Origin: Gonapodya sp. JEL0774
Taxonomy: Eukaryota
DNA: 58,780 nt
Direction: 5' to 3'
NCBI GenBank assembly: GCA_027604505.1
Contig: JADIIX010000014.1
Span: 186,001 to 244,780, forward strand
Each line of letters begins with the position of its first letter. The stretch's first letter is position 1. A program made the position numbers and the translations under genes. The notes below the pieces were generated by a model. That model was not told where the DNA came from. It was given only the letters and a program-made list of their open reading frames with translations, and searched no databases. Below are positions 1-12,709 of the stretch, piece after piece.

Positions 1-178
1 TGTCACCACTAATGTGAATGCATATCTCCTCGTATTGTGAATCTCTTGGTGTGGCAGAAAAGAGTGTATTCACGAAGCTGGGTTCGTCTTTGCCTTGTGC
101 TGGCAAGAGTGCCCGAATTCCACAAAATCAATTGATTCGAGGCCATCCTCGGGCGAATTTTCTCCTGCTTTTGGTTTA

Positions 179-3100
179 ATGGACCCTGGAATCGCTGCAT
201 GCCAGCGTGTTCTTGATGGTCTCGGGGCCCGCATCGTTCCTGAGTGGCTTCCCGAATGCGTGGCCTTTCTTCGTGAAGAGGTGCAAGCGGACAACGCAGC
301 TCTTCCGCAGCTCGTCAAGGATCAGCTTTTAAGTGGCGATCTCGCTGAGTATGGTGAGCCGACCTTGCCGGCGGAGGTGGACCTGGAGAGGGCTCCGTCA
401 TTCCCGACATCGGGCAACCCCGCCGAGAAAGTTTTGCTTCAGGTCGTTGAAGTGACGGAAATCGGACATTCGCTCAACTCGATGCTGAGGCTGGTTGAAG
501 ATGAAATCGAGCGGCGACGTTTTGGCGGACTACCCAAAATTGACATTGTTGCGGATGAGCAAGAGGACGGTGGTGATGGTGGCGACGAATTGGACGTCGG
601 AAGGCTCCGCCAATCTCAACGATCTGGAAACAATCAGCAGATGGGTGGGCGCGCCAACCCCAATTTCAATCCAAACGAAAACCTGCCGGCTGTGCCTACC
701 TTGTTCAACCCTCGGGAACCTGTCACTTTTCCCCGTGGGACTCTCCGCCTCACACTAACGGACGGTCACAGAACTGTAACAGCACTGGAACTGGAGCGTG
801 TCCCCGCTCTCAACTGCTGGACACCGAAAGGTTGCAAGGTCAGTGATTAAACGGACGATGTACTTGAACACCAGTGCAACTGCAACTGCACAACGTAGTC
901 TGTCTGGTACGTTGAGAGGATGGAAACGATTGCTTTTGCCCTTTGAGGGTGGCTAGAGGGGTGAAGGAGAATGGAATGTGACATATATGCCAATGGCAAT
1001 GGAGTCATTACAATTCCTACAATGATCCTGTGTGCCACACAGCAACTGCGTGATGCTTCTTGAGTTCAGTTTCCAGGGTAATTGAATGCTTGCACACATA
1101 GGAACCGTGGAACAACACCACACTTCCACCGTTCTGTTCTGTTCTGATTCCGTGACCCACGACACAATTTTTTCACTCTTTCCCACACATTTCTCCCCCT
1201 CCCGCGTGCCACTCCAGATCGCCCTCACACGGACCTCTGTCCACCACTCCGTCCTCCTCCTCACCCCGCGTTCCGTGCAGATACTCGGTAATGCTGCCCA
1301 GCCGGTAGTCCCAGGCACGGAAGACGAAGTGGCAATGGAGTTCTTGAAGCGGATGAGCCAGGAGCTGAGAGAAAAGATGGGTGTCGGGGTGTGAGTATAA
1401 TCATTAGAGTTAAATAGTTGGGATGGAATGGGGCAATACTGTGGGGGATAGGGAACACCATCACGGATATGTGGACGTGACTACGGAGCGGCAGAAGAAC
1501 AATGCCTGCGAAAATTTGGACGTCAAACAGTACCAGGAGGAATGGATTTGTGGATGAATGGATTTGTGGATGTCGCGGGTTGCACAAGTCACCCTTTTGT
1601 ATCTCATGACTCTCCTCTACCCTTCCACCCCAGCCCGCAACTCGCCCCCTTTAACCCTTCCTTGAGCGCTGCCAACCCTCCGAATCCACCTTCACAGCCA
1701 CCATTCCCTCCTCCTGCCTCCGCCGATCCTCTCCAACCACAGCACGGTGTCCGGCGCACACAACGGTCCCCTCTCGCACAGACCGCCGATCTGCGCTCGC
1801 TCAACGGGGCACCTACACGCCCTACCGACAGCACAAACGTCCGTCCTTTGACCACCTCTTACCATCTACCATCCCGAGGACCCTCCTCTTCACTCGACGA
1901 CCCGGACCTTGCGCTTGACGATTCCCTCGATTTCGACCCTGACGAGGTCGTGGCAGCCGTTGCCGCTGGTAGACCGTTTGGAGGTACCTCACTTACATAT
2001 ACTTCTGAGTCTACCGCCGTCCCGCGACCGTCAGCTCGGTCAGATCAGCACGCGACACCCGCGGGTAGATGGGGCCACATGTCCTCCGGCCGAACTGCTG
2101 TGAACCCATCTGTCGCCTCGCCTGCCACCGCCGCCGCACATTCTGCAGCGCGTCCCCCTGTTGCGGGTCACAGTGGAGCGGGGGGCATCCGAGGTGCGGG
2201 TTCTGCAGTGGAAGACCCGTACTATGACTTTGACGATTTCGATGTGGACTTGGACCTCCTTCCCGACCTGGACTCTCCCCCCGGACGCATAGCTGCACCG
2301 CCGGAACGTGTTGCGCCATCCACAACCATCAGCGACTCGGTTCCTGTCCCGCCAACCCGGTCCACTCGCTTTGCCCCGCCAACCTCACTCCCCTCCACTT
2401 TCGAAGCCGTCCCACCACTGGCCCCGGCTCCTCCTCCCCGGATACCGCTGGTTCCCCCAGAGTCGGATGACGACCTGGACCTTGCCCAGCCGTGGTTGCG
2501 CGCCGAGGAACGGAACATGATCCTTCGTGCAGGTTCTTCACCCAAAGCCGAGAGGGTCCTTGGCGTTAGGAGCGGCGCTGGTGCAGGGTCGACGGTGATG
2601 ACGACACGTGGGGCAGCAGCGAATGGAGCACAGCCCATTGCGGGTGTGAGTGCGGAGAGTACTGCAGCTGTGCCTCTACCAGGAGAGGAATGGGAGAAGT
2701 GGGAATGGGAGGGGGAGGGGGAGAACGCGTCGGGGTGGGACTTTGGATGGAATTATGGACTTGATGAGGCCGTGCATGCCGATGTGGGTGGTATGGGTGG
2801 AGCGCAAGGGGATGCTGGAGAAGTCGGGCGGAAAGCGCGGAATCAGAGTCGTGATGCAGGCGCTGAGGGTATGCAGCAGGAGATGGAGGATGGATATCGA
2901 GATGGGACTGAGGACTATATGGACGTTGGATATCGAGATAGTGAAGGAGAGCCGTTGGACGAAATGAATGCTGAGTGGGAACCCGCGGACGACGGTTGGT
3001 GGGATGCAGCAGAGAATGTTGTAGAAAGCACAGAAAGCGAAGAAGGTCATGGAGATGCCAAACCCACGGAAATGGACTTGCCGGGTGAGAAGTCGAGCCG

Positions 3101-3686
3101 CATGTCACCGACCAGAAGACGCTCGACGTCAAAGTCCGGGCATCATCCGTCAAGAGAACCAAACATCACTCATGTGGCGCGCCCTCCGCATTCGAGATCC
3201 TTCACTGATAATCAAAAAGGTCGAGACATGGACTTTGATCTCGACGTCGGTTTGGATCTGGATGAGGAAGTTCTGGAACTTGATATCGAGCTGGGTCTCA
3301 ATGCCGCTCGTCCTAAACGACCTATGGCTGCAGAACCTGTCTCACCAGATTCAAGCAAGGTCACTCTCAGACCGAAAGCACGCACAGGTGGCGTCTCCTC
3401 GTCATTGTTGAAACGCCGCGAGGTGCCAACAGCACCACCGTTGCGCTTTGCTGACGGGGCTATCATACTCGACTCAGATTCCGATATCGACGAGAGTAAT
3501 GTCTCAGCTCGCCGGCCGCATCTGGCAGGACGCGATGGCGATGTGGGCTCCCGGGGTGCGAAGAAGGGTCAAAAGGTACGAGAGGGGCGTGTGAATGCCA
3601 ACGAGAGTGATAGCGGCGACGACTGCAGCTCGAAGAAAGAGGGTTCGACGCAGGGTAATAAACAGCCAAAAAGGCGCAAGTTTTAA
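179..3686 (+). CDS. RMI1: RecQ-mediated genome instability protein 1 (RMI1 N-terminal OB fold) with a long disordered C-terminus; about 3 exons
   Basis: Motifs KVLLQVVEVTEIGHS and FPRGTLRLTLTDGHRTVTALELERVPAL..PKGCK, intron 839-1217, then IALTRTSVHHSVLLLTPRSVQILG match the RMI1 OB1. The last exon is ORF 1542..3686, low complexity, ending in a basic KRRK. Confidence 0.8.
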
Positions 3687-3894
3687 ATGAACGTATTTTG
3701 TTTGAGAGTTCATGCGCCGGTGCCATGCGAAATTGCACAAGTTTGCCCCAGCCTTCGCCAAAAGGCTGCAATCCGATTCCACCAGCTTTATTCGATTGCA
3801 TCCATCGTCCACCGGCAATCGGCGCATTTCATCAAAACTTTTGGAATCCCGTCTTGGTTCATTCGTGGACATATTAATCTCCATTCGCGATCCC

Positions 3895-5638
3895 ATGGCA
3901 TCGTCTTCATCCCCGCCCCAGCTTCTGGTTCCCCAGCTTTCAAGGACCCAGTTTAAGCGGGGTAATGTGGTTCTCTCGGTTACAGTTGTTAAGCAGTAAG
4001 TGGATCGATGTCCTCCCCTTGATCGACATCGACTCATGTAGAAGGGATTTGCCCCATCACCGCTTAATCCCCACCCTCATACAAATGAACATAGTGCCGA
4101 CACCGGCGTCTCATCATCGCGTCCGCGAACCCTGCTCGGACAGTCCGAGAGTCAACTTTCGTCTCGAGGAATTAAGCAGGCTGCAATCGTCTCCCAGAAT
4201 CTGAAAAAGACGGAATGGGATGCGGTCTATTGCAGCGATTCCTGGCAATCGAAACAGGTGAGGCATACAACATGAGGGAGAATGTGAGAGGGAGCCATCG
4301 GTGTTACTCACATTTTGATCGAAATGAAATCATTGCCCGATCCAGACTGCAGTCGAGCTCACGAAACTCGTTCCGGGGGCACAAATTATTTACGAGCCCC
4401 GACTTCGGGAGCGTAACCTGGGCGATCTTACCGGTCTCTCTTGGGCCGAAGCAAAGGCTCGCTTGAATGAAGAGAGTAAACTGTTTGAAGAGTTCATCCA
4501 AGACAACGGTGGAGAGTCAGGCACAGAGTTTGAAGATCGCGTTCTCGACTTCTACGCCGACTTGGTTTCCCGACATCTGCTTGGACCTTCTGGCTTCCCG
4601 TTGAGCAGAGAAGGAAGCACAGATCTTACCGCGGATGAGAAAGATGTTGGCAAAGCCACACCACGGTCCTCCAATTCCCATTTGGCCGCACTCTCGCCGA
4701 ATGATGCTCAAACAGGTGGTCACTACAAGGCCATTTCAATGGGCGGGACGGTTTCAGATAGTGACGCTAGGCGCATGTCGGCAGTTCTACCATCACCCGT
4801 CCGCACCACCTCCTCTGTTGGAATGCAGGTGCCCTCGTCGTTCGTGGGTCGTCGAGCTTCCCACCATCATGGCCTCAGCAATAGTAACGGAACCAGTTCC
4901 GGGGCGATGCCGACCGGTCCGTTGTCACCTGCCCAGGCAGCTGCCACGTATGCAGCTCGCAAGTCTCACTCTGGGGCCGCGGGTCTTGTTCCACAATCGG
5001 CCTCTGCCAGCAAGGTGGAGAATGCAATGAAGAGCCCTTCATCCGTGACCAATACTGGAAAACAGGCGCACCCCTTGCCTCCTAGGCGCGTGAACGTGCT
5101 CCTCTACACTCACGGCGGTGTGATCCAGGCTCTCTTCTCCCACCTCCTCAACGAGCTTTCATTTGATCTGGATAGCGAGTTGCAACCGGGCTTCCCGAAA
5201 GACTGCTCAATATATCAGTTCCAGATCAACCGTGTAAGGACCGACGTCCATGGCGACTGGGAGTGGGTCGGCCACGTCACAGCCATGAACAGGGCCAGTC
5301 ACTACGGACTGGTTCCCATCTACAAAACACCGGAGCAAATCAAGGCGGAAGGAGCGCAAAAGAAACAAAAGAATTTGGCTGAGGGAAAATCGAACCGCAA
5401 GCAAATCTCCACGCAAGGCGCTGTCGGCGTGAAATCACCTGCACAAGGATCCCCGAGCGTGTTCAAGAGAATCCAAGCGGCATTTCAGTCTAATGGAGCG
5501 AAAACAGCGGGGATGGGGTCACCTGGAGCAACACCCGCGGCGTCCATGCCCCGATCACTCTCGCAAAGTTCGATGACTTCCAAAACCAACTCATCACCGG
5601 GGAAAATATTGCCGCCTCTACCTACCACCGCAAAGTAG
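3895..5638 (+). CDS. Histidine phosphatase / phosphoglycerate mutase superfamily protein with a degenerate active site; 3 exons
   Basis: Exons 3895-3995, 4095-4257 and 4346-5638 splice in phase: VTVVKHADT..LSSRGIKQA..WDAVYCSDSWQSKQTA..PRLRERNLGDLTGLSW..GGESGTEFEDRV..VLLYTHGGVIQAL. Confidence 0.8.
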
Positions 5639-5699
5639 ATCAAAAGAGTTGTAATTCAGCATTACTACTACACAAAAATCTACCAAATAACAATGCAAA

Positions 5700-7793
5700 T
5701 TACACTTCAACGTCAGAGAGAGGGGAAGGAGGTGGTGCGGGCTTTCGTGTGACCTTTGGGGAATAATCTCTGTCGTAGTCGTCCTTCGATCCTTCCTTTT
5801 TAGTGTACATCTTGTCTGCAGTGTCCCTGGACAAATAATCCCGCTTGGCTTCCTTCGCCGGGTAGTCGTTATCATAAAACTCCTTGGTATTATCTTTGCC
5901 TGAGGTGGAATACTGCCTACGAGAGGGGCTTTTTGTGAAGTCTGCCTCCGATGCACGAGATTCCAGGTCGAACAAGGTGTCATCGTGGGAGCTTGTGGAA
6001 TCCCGGTCCTGATATCCTTCGCCGTCAAGATCTTCGTACGATCCTGATGGTGGTCCCTTTCTCCTTCTCGGCAACTTGGCGGACGCTGCACGCCTGACCG
6101 CCGCTACCTGCCGGGCTACTGCCGTGCCAGCTGGCGACACAGGCTCGGCAGCAGCGGCGACATTGTTGTTGGAAGTGGATCTAGCCCACGGACGATTGAC
6201 GGTGGACATGGAACGCTGGATACCTATACGCGATTCGCCATCCATTCCTGAAGGCTTCCTGGAGGGAGGTTTGCTGGTGACGTCTCCCGTGGGGGATGAA
6301 GATCTTCCCGTCGGTTTGATGGAGGCGGACCGTTTGCGGGGAGCGCTTTCACTTGTCTCCGCTTCCACAGCTGGTGCCTCTGGTGCGGGAGAGGTTGGGC
6401 GGGACCGGGAGTTGGCGCGCTGGATTGGTGCTGCAGCCGCCCTGGCTTCGGCATCGAAGATGGAGGGCTTTCGGTTGAGACGCGCTTGCGCTGCCCCAGC
6501 TCGAAGTGCTGCCACTTCGGCGCGCAGACGGTCATTTTCCTCGTCGGCTGAGGTGATATTACGTTCCAGTTCGAGTCTCTTGATGGCAGCATCTCTCAAC
6601 TGATCTTCAAGTTGCTTCTTCTCGGATTTCTGTGAAACAGAAAATAGTCTTTGACGTTTATTCCGGTCTCTCTATGCCAGAGAGTTCCCCACTTACGGTG
6701 TCCTCAACTTCTCGTTTCTGAAGTGAAATGGGACATTATTACCATACGCAACAAAGATATCCAGTTTCACAGGGCTGCACTCACGAGAGATTCGATCTCG
6801 GATTGCTGGAAGAGAAATGCAAGAACAGTGGGCACAGAAGTATTGAGTTGTGCCACCACCTTAATGTCGTGACAACGTGCCTTCCCCACTCACAAGTGAT
6901 TCGATTTCAGTTCGCTAATAGACACCACCACCGAGTGAGACACTCCAGTCAAGATACACCGCAATCGCACTCAAAAACACCCACAAGTGCTTCAAGAGCC
7001 TCCGTATCCTGCGATTGTTCCGCGGCCTCTTGCAAATCGCGAATCTTCGTGTAGGCCTCCTGCAGTTGCTCCTGAAGATCTTCGTTCTCATTTCGCTGTG
7101 GAGAATAAATTCCGAGGGGTACAAATATCCCAGTTTGAGATACATCACTCCCCTTCCTGAAGACTGGTGCATCCCACACTTACAATGGCATCGACTTCGT
7201 CTAATTCTGCCTCCGCTTTCTCAAGTTCAGCTTCAAGTTCCGCCACTTGCTTGCGCTTAACGATCCAAATGTTCATCATTTGCAAACCTGCCTTTTTGGT
7301 CAGTCATACGATGATCTCCACTTACCAATAACTCTCCTTCTTTGAGTCTCTTTTCCAAGGCCGCACAATACTCAGAAGCAGACATTAGCTCTTCGTCCAT
7401 TTCCGCGACACTAGCCTCCAACTCCTCGACTTTAGCTCTGAGCTTCGACGACTTGAATTCGAATATTGATCGATCAGCCACAGAGCATTCATGCTTGAAA
7501 CACAATCTTCATCAAAACACACCTCTTCCTCCAATTCCTCCAATTGAGCTGCATGCTCTAATTTGATTGACTCCATCTCCGCACGGAGGCTTTTGCGAAC
7601 CTGGCAGTCCACCAAAAGAGTTGAAGTTGAAGACAATAATCCAGCAAGAAGGACAGTCTAAAATCAACACAGGACACACATGTTCTTGTCTTTTAGCAAT
7701 GCCTTCCTCTGCCCGCACGAGCTCGTCCATCAAACGAGAAATCTGGTCCTTGAGTCTCTGATTTTCCTCCGTGACTTCATCAGTGGGCGCCAT
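5700..7793 (-). CDS. Uncharacterised coiled-coil protein with a low-complexity C-terminus; multi-exon
   Basis: ATG at 7793 (MAPTDEVTEENQRLKDQISRLMDEL). Successive heptad-rich exons are bounded by GT/AG. The last exon runs through ORF 5700..6599. Confidence 0.7.
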
Positions 7794-8031
7794 TACTCAG
7801 TCAGTGGCCCAGAAATGGAGCAATCGTGGAGTTTTAGTTTGTGGAAGGCGACGTCGTCTTGTTAAGCAAATCAACAAGAGTGGCAACAAGATGCGGCACT
7901 GGCTGGCCTTGTGGTTTCCGCCGAGATCACAGGGATACCTTTTTTTTAAGGGGAACTTTTTATATAACACATTGATTTCCAGTTACACTTGTCATATGAC
8001 TTGTCCTCGCTTTATATCCAATTAAATATGC

Positions 8032-9122
8032 TTATTCGCCCCGATATACGACAATGTTGTTCATCGTTTCATGCAATTTCACTTCAACCAGCTCCGGTCG
8101 CCGCTTTCCCGTTCGCAGCCTCATATCGTGAAGATGATGGTCGGACACCGAGTTACCGATTGTAACCCCACTGCTCTCAGTTGCATATAAAGGATTGGGA
8201 GGTCCACTATCTGAAGTAACAGGACCGCCATGGTCCGTGAGGGTGTCGACATCGGAGTGCTCCTGGTCCGCATCGAAGGTCGACAACTTGCTTAATCTCT
8301 CCTCCTGCACACGATGTTCGCCTGTAACGCCATCACTGACAAAGACCAGATCGTCAAGCTCGTAGCGCATATTACACAATGCACGGACACTCACATAAGA
8401 CTCGTCTCAATCAACACTTTCAGCGATTTCCAAATAAATACAGCGAGATTCTCAGTCGTGCTGCAAAGACACCGGCACGGAGGAGTCACGACATGGGACG
8501 TGCTCTCAAAGTAGAAACCGCTTCTTCAACCCCACCTGACTCGATCTGCGAAGTAAGGAACGTCTAGGTCCTTCATGAATACCAGTCTCAAAATATAGTT
8601 CAGCATGTTAAGAGTCATGCTTCAGCTTTACCAGGTGCTTATGGTCTAGAGCATCGACAACCTCCTTGATCCACGATTTTAGATGAGTAAGTGAGAGCAC
8701 CATCCCAGTCACTGGGTCCACCTGGCACCATCACACAAACGGGCCAAGTCAAATTTCTGACAGCGAGGTGGTTTATATCAGGGGCTCCGGAAACTCACCT
8801 CTCCTTTCACAGTGACTTCCACTGTCTGAAGTCCGGGTGTCGGGAGAGTATCAATCCAGCCGTTGAAGGAGTCAAATGACGCTCAACAGTCTCAAACGGA
8901 AACAAGAAGCTCAACATCAACGTTTCTTACATAATTATGTCCATGCCCGTGTGGGTTGGCGCATTTCCCAAAGACCTCGATATTCTCGTCCTCACTCAGC
9001 TGCTTCGAATAAAGTCGGTGAGCGGAGGAGAAATGCTCGATGCGAGTCAAGTAAGCAATTCGAGGTGGCGATGCAGCGCGTGTGCGGTTGCTGGATGTCC
9101 GGGCGTGAATTTGTGGATTCAT
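8032..9122 (-). CDS. PTS: 6-pyruvoyl tetrahydropterin synthase; about 6 exons
   Basis: [21 protein letters not shown] | TVEVTVKGE | [14 protein letters not shown] | DLDVPYF | [30 protein letters not shown]. The catalytic Cys and Zn-binding His residues are present. Confidence 0.92.
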
Positions 9123-9342
9123 TGTGGTTTCGGGTTTGGGAAACTCGATCGAGCTTGCTGTGATGTGAAGAGTCACTGTGTGAAGCCGGAGAAACCACGC
9201 TCCGGCATTTGCAATGGACGCCAATAGACTAAATTTTTATGTTGACATTACAATACCTATGATGGCTGCCCCCACAAAACATGTATTTGGTTCCCACAGA
9301 AAATTTAGAACCACAATTGTGCACCCCTCACAACCCTTCCAC

Positions 9343-11543
9343 TCAAGCTCCCTGCCAGCTCCGCTCCATGTACTTCTGGGTAGCCAAAAGTGCGTTGTAT
9401 CGAACGTCAGAGTCTTCGCTCGCCATAAGCTCCATGATATGCTGCTTGGCGCCCACTTCTTGTACAAATCTTCGAGGAACAAGCAGGGAAAGACAAAACG
9501 AGCAAGGATCTGAAAACCCAATTGAATCGCAGGGTCTCTCAACATGTGACTCACTTCTTGCCCTCAGGGTAGAACTTCACGTACTGCCCAATGTCGTGAC
9601 ACGCGACCGCCAGGACCTTGCTCTCTTTGCTCGTGGCCATAATCCTCGCCAGCGCCTTCAGGAGCTCGTGATCTTTTTCGTTCAGTTTGGTGACGTTGTT
9701 CTTCCAGAAGTTCTCCGAAAGGTGGGGCGGGGACCAGTCCAAGTGACCAGACTTGACCTCGCTGTAGTACTCATCCCAGGTTGTCAGGCTGGCAACGTTA
9801 TGGGACAGCATGTCCTTGAGGTACTCAAGATCTTCGATGATTTCAGCATCCGTCCACTTCCGTCCTTGTAGAGTTTCCACGAACGGAAGGAGCTTCGCAC
9901 CAAGCATCGGGATGATGTTCTCGTCGGGGGCTTTGATTGCCAAGTTCTAGTACACAAAGTAGAGTGAGATTCCGGGAACGCGAGCGGCAGAGTACGGAGC
10001 TCAACTCACCCTAAACGTGGCAACGATGATGCGAATGACTTTCTCCTTGATTGCATTCTTGGCGATTTCAATGAACTCAGGAATAATAATAGTTCGCTTG
10101 TTAATGTCTGCAGCGACATCGGCGTCGTAAGATAAGAGCCAAAAAGCGTAGATTGCCTGGTACGAGGTTTGAGCGTTGGGTGTGCCCTTCAAAATGTTGG
10201 CAAGTCTGCGCACGCCGTCACCCAGATACATGGACGCGTAGTATCCAGTCCGCAAAACAAAAAAATGAAGTTGACGTGTTGATGAACCGGCATGAGTCCG
10301 TTCGCCGTGGCACCCTCCGTTACCAACTCACGTCTCGGGTCCGTTCGCCGTCGCCCAAAACACCGGCTTCATGGCTTTGGGTGCCAGCAGACCACCCAGA
10401 TACTGTAAACCCAGATCCTGCACGCCGGCGTTCGTATTGGCAAGCAAGGTGGACACCCAAGCGAACGCCGGTTTGAAGTCGACCGAGGCGGGGAATTTGG
10501 AGGATGCGGTGACGACGGCCGTCAGAACCTTTCCGGCCATGAGTTGGACGTACTCGTCCGGGTTGGAAAGAAGGCGGATGAGGGGGGAGTATGGGTAGTC
10601 GGGGGACGTCTTTGCGCTGTTGTAAAACAGCTCCGTGCTCGACAGGCTCACTTGAAAGTGCACAGGCGAAACCGACACACGGTTATAGGTGGGATGTGCA
10701 AAAGAGCCTTGAAACTCTCAAAAATGGATTGTCACTCACAGGCGAGGATATCATCCATCTGCACCAACAGGTATTGGAGTGTGTCGGCCCGGGAGAGTTT
10801 GGCCGCCAAGGACAAGAAGCAGGCGACATACCGTGAGCCATCGGGCTGCCACCACGGCACACGGAACATGGCTTCGATTAGCAAAATCGGAACAGCAAAG
10901 GACGAAACGAGAAGAGGGGTTTTCACTCACCTCCTCCACGGACGCTTTCAGTGAGATTCCCGAGCGCTTCACGTAGCTCGTGACTGTCTCGAGCTCTTCC
11001 TTGCTGATAAGTCCCGCGCTGTGGTAGCCCTAATGCATCGTAGTGTACAGTTTTTACATGCGTATGAACGTGAAAGCGATTCGACAAGACAGGGGGGTGG
11101 GGGGGGTGGGCTGCCAAGTGTGTGGTTCTCGGGGATTGATTCGGGAAGCGATGGTAGCAGCTGCGACCTTCACTCCGAGAGCTCTGAGTCCGTTGTTCCA
11201 CGTTGCTGTTGCAGTGAATGTGCCCTTGCTGCCCCATCGATACATTCTATGACGATTGCATTTGAGGAAGGAGCTCTGCCCCACACCAGGACTCCCCCCA
11301 ACACCATTGAGCCGCGCCAAGAAGCTCCCGTGCCACCGCAGCATGTAATTTTTCTATCTCATCCCCAGCAGAGCCCCCCGGACGGAGCTGGAAACACACC
11401 TCCCAAGCGACGGGTTTCGCCCTGACTGCCGCGGTTTGCTCCACCAGGTAGGTGTTATGGGAAGCGACGACTGGAGCGTCGATTGATACATTGGATACGT
11501 CGTCGATTGGAACCGAGGGAACAGTCGCAGCAGCGGTGGCCAT
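9343..11543 (-). CDS. VMA13: V-type proton ATPase subunit H; multi-exon
   Basis: VRAKPVAWE; LTTWDEYYSEVKSGHLDWSPPHLSENFWKNN; VLAVACHDIGQYVKFYPEGK; last exon GAKQHIMELMASEDSDVRYNALLATQKYM, stop at 9343-9345. Confidence 0.95.
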
Positions 11544-12709
11544 TGGAGGAATTGGATTCGACCTGCACTAGGGCAGTCGGCACTTCAACGCGGAACGGGG
11601 CTGAGCAACGAACCACCGCGGAGCTCACCCTTCACGAGCTGTAGTCGAATATGTGAACCTACAAGTGAAATCTTTGATACTGAGTGCGCGTGATGCAAAG
11701 TATCTAAATCAAGCATACTGGGGGGCAAATGTCAGTGACATGTGTTTACATGCATCGCCGAGATGATCGACTCTATTTCAAACAATGGAGCAAGTATATA
11801 TTTAGTGCCATTAACTTATTGGTGTCACCCTCTTCCATCCAGCTGCAGTTATGGCGGTGGCCTCGCGTCTTGGGTGCCGCATAGGTAGGGAAACCGCTCG
11901 CTAGAGTAGAGACGACCGTCATGAAATGATACTAGACAAATGAATAAGGGCTGCTACTGGTGGGCCCCCATGCGCTAAATGCCCCTGTTCCTCGAGAGTG
12001 GAGACGAAGAGGTTGTGAAGGACAAAAGACCACTGAGTACCGCTAATGACTCTAAATGACTCCTACAATCTACCTCAATCAGCCAGCTATACACCTTTTT
12101 GGTGATTCCCGTTGTGCGGTCCTGGGGTATTCGTATCAGAGAGTTGTTGTGATGTGAATTGCCCCGCACGGGAGCCACCGTTGGTGATGATTCTGCCGAT
12201 ACTGGACTAGATTCCAGTTGACAAGGACATTCACGGAGCACCGTGACTTGATATGTCGTGTTCCTCGTCTCCAGGAGCTGATGGCGGCTGTCCGACCGTC
12301 TTAGAGATCCCACCACGCCACCAGAACCAATTCAAACATTCACATCCAGCGAATTTTCCTATTTTTGGATCGTCGAAAGTATTTGCTGATTGTTTTTTGG
12401 GAAGCATCCTGAATAGGTAATAGGTAGTATTAAGGGGAATGATCACACCAGTGCGATGACGTGCCTGGACGGATGGGAAGGATCCAATCAGTTTCAACGG
12501 TTCACTAGGCACTTGAACGCCCTCCAATCATTTTATCACTGTCACGCTCATTGGCCTCGCTAAGAAAGGAAAGAAATCGGAGTCGGCGAGTTTCGCGGAT
12601 TCTGCCGATTCTGTTATAAGTTCTCCAATTAGTTGAGGGTTCAGCGTTCCAGATAAGATTGATTGTTCAAACTCCGAATCCGCTATTGCATTCCCGAACG
12701 CCTATCGAA

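Noticed and set aside
11600..12650. Small ORFs or Met-regulon sites between VMA13 and MET6
   Set aside because: No recognisable protein and no clear TCACGTG-type site seen, so treated as a divergent promoter region.
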